DNA of 64,000 nucleotides. Source: Thermoplasmata archaeon. Its GTDB lineage: Archaea > Thermoplasmatota > Thermoplasmata > Thermoplasmatales > GCA-001856825. Positions 58,030 to 64,000 of this stretch are shown here, piece by piece. The stretch covers positions 434,135-498,134 of the forward strand of contig JAJYUZ010000001.1 in assembly GCA_021792255.1 (NCBI GenBank), in the 5' to 3' direction. Numbering within the stretch: position 1 is the first letter of the stretch; every line of letters begins with the position of its first letter. Made by a program: the position numbers and the translations under genes. Below the pieces are notes generated by a model. It had not been told where the DNA came from. It made no database searches and saw nothing but the letters and a program-made list of their open reading frames with translations.

Positions 58030-59760
58030 ATGATACACGACCTAAATCTAATGGTAGCGGGTCCCCAAGGAAGCGGAATAAATTTTACGTCTGACACTTT
58101 TGCGAAGGTTATGGCCAGGGAGGGCTATCACGTTTTTACGAATGCTGAGCTATTCTCCACAATAAAAGGAGAACATTCTTACTTCAGGGTAAGAGTGTGT
58201 AAGGACATGATCAGGAGCTATTCGGAGAGGATAGACATCCTCATACCCCTGGATGCAAAGAGCGTTCTTCTTCACCTGAAAGAATTGTCGCACGATGGAA
58301 CAATCATCTACGAGGAAAACCTTGACGACCCCAGACACGCTGCTATACCTTACAAAGACATACTACAGACCGTTGCGACGAGGTTCGGAAAGGCTCTATC
58401 AGAACTGAACGTCATGAAGAACACTGTGGCACTCGCTGGAGCCACTAAAATGATCGGGCTCGATAAGGAGAAGCTCAAGAAGGTCATTTCGGAGAATTTC
58501 GCTTCCAAACCGAAGATCGCCGAGATGAACAATGCCATAGTCGACGAAGTCTATGCAGAATTCGGTCAGACGAGGACATTCGATCTCGAACCCACGACCT
58601 ATAAGAAGAGAATGTTCATAAACAGCACTCACGCAGTGGGAATGGGAAAGATTGAGGCTGGGATGAAATTCCAGTCCTATTATCCGATAACACCCGCGAG
58701 TGATGAGTCAAATTATCTGGAAAGTATAATGGACAAATACGATTTCGTGGTCGAACAGACTGAGGACGAGATTGCTGCAATAAACATGGCTATAGCTGCA
58801 GCAAACACGGGCCTGAGATCTGCCACCAGTACATCCGGTCCAGGATTCTCGTTGATGGTCGAGGCTCTATCGTACGCAGGGATGACAGAAACTCCAGTGG
58901 TGATCTTCTATTACCAGAGGGCTGGTCCTGCAACCGGTATGCCTACCAGACACGAACAGGGAGATCTGAAGTACGCTCTTAGTGCTGGACACGGCGAATT
59001 TCCCAGAGTTGTAATCGCTCCTGGTGATCACAAGGAGGCATTCTACGATACCATTGAAGCGTTCAACATAGCTGAGAAATTCCAGCTTCCAGTCATTGTA
59101 CTCCTTGACAAGGCGATGGCCATGAGCAACTACACGGTAGACCCGTTCGATCTGAGCAAGATCACGATAAACAGGGGTAAGTTGATTCTGAGTGAGACCA
59201 AAGATTACTTGAGATACAGATTCACGGAAGATGGGGTATCCCCGAGATCAGTACCTGGGATAAAGGGCGGACTGATAACTGTGGCGGGAGACGAACACGA
59301 CGAGGATGGGCACATATTTACGGAGGATGCAGACAACAGGATAAAGATGATGGACAAGAGGATGCACAAGATGACGTCAGTGCTCAAAGAAGTACCGGCA
59401 GATTTGAAAGTAAAATTCTACGGTTCACCCACCAACAAGAAAGTCATCGTTTCGTGGGGATCTGCAAAGGGACCGATACTGGATGCGATGGAGAAGGCAA
59501 AGGACGTATCATTCCTGCAGATTAGAATGATGGAACCGTTCCCGGTGGAGGAAGCAATGAGATACCTTAAGGGAAAGACGATAATTGACGTTGAACAGAA
59601 TTACAGCGGCCAGCTTGCTGACCTGCTGAGAGAGAAGACGGGATTGGAAGCTAGTACGAGGATTTTGAAATTTAATGGAAGGCCCATGGCCTTTGAGGAG
59701 ATGGTGGAAGTGCTGAGTAAACCCAAGATGGAAGGAAGGGAGGTGCTGACCTATGATTAG
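58030..59760 (+). CDS. 2-oxoacid:ferredoxin oxidoreductase alpha subunit (with fused gamma domain)
   Basis: G.QG.G, I.GEHS, YPITPA, Q.EDEIAA, TSGPG.SLM.E, QR.GPATG.PT and E.NYSGQL. Confidence 0.94.
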   Translation: MIHDLNLMVAGPQGSGINFTSDTFAKVMAREGYHVFTNAELFSTIKGEHSYFRVRVCKDMIRSYSERIDILIPLDAKSVLLHLKELSHDGTIIYEENLDDPRHAAIPYKDILQTVATRFGKALSELNVMKNTVALAGATKMIGLDKEKLKKVISENFASKPKIAEMNNAIVDEVYAEFGQTRTFDLEPTTYKKRMFINSTHAVGMGKIEAGMKFQSYYPITPASDESNYLESIMDKYDFVVEQTEDEIAAINMAIAAANTGLRSATSTSGPGFSLMVEALSYAGMTETPVVIFYYQRAGPATGMPTRHEQGDLKYALSAGHGEFPRVVIAPGDHKEAFYDTIEAFNIAEKFQLPVIVLLDKAMAMSNYTVDPFDLSKITINRGKLILSETKDYLRYRFTEDGVSPRSVPGIKGGLITVAGDEHDEDGHIFTEDADNRIKMMDKRMHKMTSVLKEVPADLKVKFYGSPTNKKVIVSWGSAKGPILDAMEKAKDVSFLQIRMMEPFPVEEAMRYLKGKTIIDVEQNYSGQLADLLREKTGLEASTRILKFNGRPMAFEEMVEVLSKPKMEGREVLTYD

Positions 59761-60685
59761 TACGGTCAGTCCACCAGCGAAACCCCAGAGTTACAAGACG
59801 AACGTGGAGATAGATTGGTGTCCAGGGTGCGGCGACTTCGGAATACTCAATGCCCTGGTGCTTGCACTTCAGGAACTGAAGATACCCAACGAGAATGTGG
59901 TACTCACAGGAGGAATTGGGTGCAGTTCCAAGATTCCTCACTACGTTAACGTCAATACACTCCACACTCTGCACGGGAGATCGCTCGTCCAAGCACAGGC
60001 AGTAAAGATGGCGAATCCGCGTCTAGAGGTAATATCTGCCTCCGGTGATGGAGACGGGTTAGGAATAGGTTCTGCTCACTTTGTAGCTGCGGGAAGAAGA
60101 AATGTGGATCTAACTTACATACTCTTCGACAACGGTGTCTACGGACTCACAAAGGGACAGGCTTCTCCTACTCTTCCGTATGGAGAGATGCCAAAGAGCA
60201 TAGAGACGGAAAACATAAAATTCCCCGTGAACCCACTCTTCCTCGGACTGGCGTCGGGTTTCACTTTCGTTTCAAGGAGCTACTCCTATAACATAAAGCA
60301 CCTGAAGGAAACGCTCATCAGAGCGATGAAGCACAGGGGGCTTTCTCTGGTTGACGTCATGCAGCCGTGTGTTACCTACAACAACATCAATACCAAGGAA
60401 TTCTACGATCCTAGACTCTACGACATAGAGAAGGAAGGATGGAACCCTGTGGCCAATAACGAGAGCGAGTACAAGCAGAAAGTGCCGCAGGCAGTGCTGA
60501 AATCACTGGAATGGGGCGATAGGATACCGATGGGAGTATTCATGGACTACCAGACGGAAACTTACGACGAGAAGCTTCAGAGACTGGTGCCCGACTATGG
60601 AAAGAAGAACTACGTGATGGATCCAATAGATTCGTCCGGAAAACCGCTGAATGACGTTACGGACCTTATGAATTCGTTCTCTTAG
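59753..60685 (+). CDS. 2-oxoacid:ferredoxin oxidoreductase beta subunit
   Basis: WCPGCGDFG, GIGCS, HTLHGR, GDGD...IG (TPP motif), N.VYGLTKGQ.SPT and QPCVTYN. Confidence 0.95.
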   Translation: MISTVSPPAKPQSYKTNVEIDWCPGCGDFGILNALVLALQELKIPNENVVLTGGIGCSSKIPHYVNVNTLHTLHGRSLVQAQAVKMANPRLEVISASGDGDGLGIGSAHFVAAGRRNVDLTYILFDNGVYGLTKGQASPTLPYGEMPKSIETENIKFPVNPLFLGLASGFTFVSRSYSYNIKHLKETLIRAMKHRGLSLVDVMQPCVTYNNINTKEFYDPRLYDIEKEGWNPVANNESEYKQKVPQAVLKSLEWGDRIPMGVFMDYQTETYDEKLQRLVPDYGKKNYVMDPIDSSGKPLNDVTDLMNSFS

Positions 60686-60688
60686 TCC

Positions 60689-60710
60689 CTTTTTCCTTTT
60701 ATTTTCATTT
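60689..60710 (+). terminator. T-rich terminator
   Basis: TTTTTCCTTTTATTTTCATTT just after the beta-subunit stop. Confidence 0.5.
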
Positions 60711-60975
60711 ACCTCCAGGCTTTATGGATACCAGTTTCCATTACCTGGGCCACATTGCAAATTAGTCAGCTTATTTGCAGTGCAGCAACTGACACATCAA
60801 AAAGAAGCTAGTGAGTCACATTTTTATGGACTCATCTATCATTAAAGTTGGTCCAATTCTATTCAGCACTGTCTGTTTTCCTCTGTATTGCATGATTCAT
60901 ATTTTTCGGATGGGTCGCTTGGTAGCTGGTCAGTCGTGAGTGCACGTTAACCTGGACGTTCCTCTCTGCCTCTAA

Positions 60976-61701
60976 TCATTCTGGGAATGTTCCTCCTATG
61001 GTAACACGCAGTGACATTACGCTGTTTATTGCACCTGGAAGGATTCGGAAATACGTAGGAGCATCACGCCCTGTTGAGAAGAGGAAGAGCAACTGGACCT
61101 GTGGTAAATATTCATCCTTGCCGTTGTGTCCTAGGGTGGCGGAAATGACGCCCTCACTCATGCTCAGAATGTGCGTAAGATCAACGGCGAGATACCGCTC
61201 ATCCCTCATGAAAGATTTCATGAATCCAGTGATGGAACTCCTGTCCATCCCTATATTGCGTGGCATATCCCCGAGCGAGCCAGGAGAGACGTGAGCATCT
61301 CTTATGGCCTCTGAGAGGAATGAAGTCCTTTAATGGAATTCAACGTTCTTCATCGGTGACCTGTGGATGAGCCTCATACAGCTGAAAACGAATATCTCCT
61401 TCCATTCGGGGAAGAAATCCTCTAGTGACTGCACTATGTCTCCGGAGACGTGCTGCATCAGGAAGGAGGAACCGTACTCCTTCACCGTAATCTGGTCATA
61501 ACGCTTCATCACTCTCTTCACCCTTGGTTCAACGATACCTTCGGGTGTGATCTTTCCGAGGTATTCCTCTGTCTTCAGCCTCGTTTTCTTCCTTTCCTTG
61601 TCCCACACACTTCTTACCCTATAGAGATAGTAGTTGTCTCCCCTCCTCATTATGAGGGTCCTCTTCCTCTTTTGCTTCAACACCAAGTCGGGGTATGACG
61701 T
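60976..61701 (-). pseudogene. IS1634/IS4-like transposase pseudogene (N-terminal part)
   Basis: (ACG)SYPDLVLKQK...YYLY...VWDKERKK.....EYLGKI...EYG, then an in-frame TAA at 61330-61332. The same frame continues to LAVDLT...LGHN....LPQV. Truncated before a complete DDE domain. Confidence 0.78.
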
Positions 61702-61816
61702 GGTATGTAATTTCGTATCTTACGAAGTAATATACTTTTGCACTTAAACCAGTTGCATCAAGGGAATATCAAAACATATTATGCAAAACAGCCTGAGTTA
61801 GAGATTAAATCCTGTA

Positions 61817-62191
61817 TTATCTCAAAACAGTTACCTTGGAGACATCACTGAAGTCGTTGTCGCAAGTCAGAATTTCCATGTCATACATCTCGGCTGTTGC
61901 TAGTATCATCGAATCCATTATTCCCCATTTCCTGTTCTCTTTCTTCCGGTTGAAGTTCAACTTCCCTGCAAGAACAGCAATGTCTTCGTCTAAGCCTATG
62001 ACAGCGCTAAGCTCTTTTACCGCATCAATGATCCTTTCTGTCGCCTGGTTTTCTCTCTGTGCCCAATTGGACAACTCCGCAATGGTCACTATGCTGCTGT
62101 AGCACGCTTCGCTGTTGATTCTCTCTCTCACCCTATTTCCCTTCCTGCTTCCCAGCAGGAATTCCACCCATGCAGAAGTGTCTATCAGCAT
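61817..62191 (-). CDS. PIN-domain toxin (VapC)
   Basis: LIDTSAWVE, TIAE, WGIMDS.ILATA and LTCD.DF. Confidence 0.9.
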   Translation of the reverse strand: MLIDTSAWVEFLLGSRKGNRVRERINSEACYSSIVTIAELSNWAQRENQATERIIDAVKELSAVIGLDEDIAVLAGKLNFNRKKENRKWGIMDSMILATAEMYDMEILTCDNDFSDVSKVTVLR

Positions 62192-62404
62192 TCAGTACGT
62201 CCTGTCCCTCTTGTCTCTTCTGAAGTGTGATGCTCCCTTTGCAATACCAAATGAGCTTGAAATCAGTTCCTTCTTTCTTCTTATTACGGCAATCTCTATT
62301 TCTTCCCCCTCCTTGACCGATCTCTCGTCTATCAACTTCTTTGGTATCAAAACACCTAACGATGAGCCTATTCTCCTCACTTTCGTTTTGAATACGCTTT
62401 CCAT
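62192..62404 (-). CDS. AbrB/MazE-family antitoxin (VapB)
   Basis: KVRRIGSSLGVLIPK......KEGEEI. Abuts the PIN gene. Confidence 0.88.
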   Translation of the reverse strand: MESVFKTKVRRIGSSLGVLIPKKLIDERSVKEGEEIEIAVIRRKKELISSSFGIAKGASHFRRDKRDRTY

Positions 62405-62410
62405 GGTACG

Positions 62411-62428
62411 ATTATAACATATTATAAT
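62411..62428. promoter_or_regulatory. Palindrome at the antitoxin promoter; candidate autorepression operator
   Basis: ATTATAA-CATA-TTATAAT immediately upstream of the antitoxin ATG. Confidence 0.45.
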
Positions 62429-62571
62429 TTAAGGGTTTTCCTAGCGTAGACTTTGTCGTTAGATTATTAATTACCTGAATTTTAATCGTATTTTATACGC
62501 TACTTGAATCATCGGCCATATTTCTAGATCCACATAAATATGCAATGGTATGTGGTGATTACTCATTCACC

Positions 62572-62650
62572 ACGACATTCATAAGGAAGATCAAACAAAA
62601 TACGGCACTTACCTTGCGGAAGTAAGGAGTGTGAGAGTTGATGGAAATAG
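62572..62650 (+). mobile_element. Second transposase N-terminal remnant (IS1634/IS4-like)
   Basis: (ACG)TFIRKIK / frameshift / KYGTYLAEVRSVRVDG resembles 'M.FIRKIK....Y..EV...R.DGK' transposase N-termini. Confidence 0.5.
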
Positions 62651-62721
62651 GCTCCTGGAAAACCGTCCGGACCGTGAGGGATGAAGACGAAATAAATGCA
62701 AAAGAAGGAACCCCACAGAAT

Positions 62722-63066
62722 TTATTCGTGGGAGGATGTCAGGTGATTGACTTCAAATCTAATTTCTGTTCTCCTATCGGTAACCTTAGAAAATATTAAT
62801 TTGCCGGTATCTTCAAGTTTCGAAACAGACAATCCTGCAGACCTGATCTCTCTTCTGAAGGTATTGACCTTCTCTATGAATGAGTTTGAGTAAAAATCCA
62901 GATCCTCTGAAAATCTTTTGCCAGAGTAACATCTCCAGACAGACGTTCAGCCATGTAGTACTGAATCGTTTGAGACATTGTAAATGATCCGGATCAGTTC
63001 ATCTTGAAGAACAGCCGTTTCCATTTGATGTCGCTTCTCCAGCTGGTTTACCAGTGGAATTTTCAT
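62722..63066 (-). pseudogene. AbiEii-like nucleotidyltransferase (type IV TA toxin family) pseudogene
   Basis: MKIPL...LQDE...VLHG*TSVWRCYSGKRFSEDLDF. TGA at 62947-62949 replaces the second Gly of the GGT motif. The frame ends after about 114 codons. Confidence 0.75.
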
Positions 63067-63398
63067 TTATTTGTAATTAACAATAAATATATAAAACTGT
63101 ACCGTTGGTTAGCTGTTAATATTAGGGAGATCCATATTAATCTATCATTCCCTCACAGATGCACGCTTAACTGACGATCCCGTGTCCCTCCTAAGGAACT
63201 ATACCACCTATTTTGCGCTTGCTACTGTCCCTGATCGAGCCGGAGTGAGCTCATTCGAGAGCAAATTCAAGCCGGACGGCACAGTATGTACGTTGGAGTT
63301 GGGAAGCATCGAACTTTTCAGCAAGAGAGTTCTCTGAGCTTCCTTCAGATTATGGAACCTTGCATCTGTGTATTCTTGGAATAAACTTCAGAACGATG

Positions 63399-64000
63399 TC
63401 AATTTTGGCTTCCTTCAACCAGCAGCCACTTCCATAGTGGCAGGAATTGTATCCTCTTCCCATTGACAGTTTCTTCCCCTCTATAATCCCACGTTATCAC
63501 CAGTAGTTCTTCTGTTTTTAGGTCTTCTGATGCCCTAAGTAGAGATTCAGTCTCTCTCCTTTCAATCCCTTCCGAACTGGAAGCAAGGGTCACCTGAATG
63601 AGCTGCTTAACCTCTTTATCTTCCTTCAGAACAAAATCAACTTCCCTTCCCTGGTGGTCCTTCCAGTAGAAAATTTCCTTATTACTTTCTGAATAACTCT
63701 TCCGTCTGAGTAATTCAAGGAAAACGATATTTTCAATGATTCTACCCCTGTTCCCTCCTACCTCAAATGCAGTAGCTTTTGTGAGACCTGTGTCGATGGA
63801 GTAAACCTTCTTCGGTGCTTTGTATTGTTCCTTTAATTTGAAGGAAAACCTCTCCACCAAGAATATCAGATAGGAATTTTCCACGAAGTTGACGTATTTA
63901 GAAACCGTGTGAACATTTTGAAGATCTATAACCGACTTCAGACTATTGTATGTTATCTCCTTTCCCGCGTTGGAAATAAGATACTTGGCTAGATTCCTGA
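63399..64000 (-). CDS. AAA+ ATPase with DUF4143 domain (5' part outside the window)
   Basis: Frame is open to the window edge. PKKVY.IDTG, ENIV..EL and YWK....EVDFV...LIQV. Confidence 0.85.
   Translation of the reverse strand, partial: RNLAKYLISNAGKEITYNSLKSVIDLQNVHTVSKYVNFVENSYLIFLVERFSFKLKEQYKAPKKVYSIDTGLTKATAFEVGGNRGRIIENIVFLELLRRKSYSESNKEIFYWKDHQGREVDFVLKEDKEVKQLIQVTLASSSEGIERRETESLLRASEDLKTEELLVITWDYRGEETVNGKRIQFLPLWKWLLVEGSQN

Noticed and set aside
1-64000. CRISPR array, rRNA, prophage or integrase
   Set aside because: No regularly spaced direct repeats, rRNA-like sequence, or cas, viral or integrase genes were seen.

Overview
This window comes from an archaeon, most like the Thermoplasmata. 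Evidence: rps13-rps4-rps11-rpoD(Rpo3), Rpo6, SRP54, Sec61-beta, Nop5, Trm1, GGGP/DGGGP synthases, MptD, TATA-box promoters and a tRNA-Leu(GAG) without encoded CCA. The main result is a ~22-kb cluster (207-22262) that reads as a nearly complete pathway for degrading bacterial peptidoglycan, a polymer archaea do not make. It encodes a membrane-anchored Amidase_6/NlpC-P60-like Cys hydrolase, an Opp/Dpp-type ABC importer, and signal-peptide-less NamZ (DUF1343), NagZ (GH3), an AmiE/YfeW-like serine hydrolase and a DacB/PBP4-like peptidase. It also encodes a BadF-type (MurK-like) kinase, MurQ, NagA, a GlmA-like GNAT, a dipeptide epimerase, a stand-alone LysA, a C45/Ntn hydrolase and an FAD-linked D-lactate-dehydrogenase-like enzyme. 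The rest is mostly housekeeping, plus an NAAAR/OSBS + M20 pair, lysine 6-transaminase, three vapBC-type modules, IS256- and IS1634-like remnants and an AbiEii-like pseudogene. Two small genes were missed by the ORF track: Sec61-beta and a 46-aa amphipathic protein. All calls come from motif recognition by eye; no database search was run.
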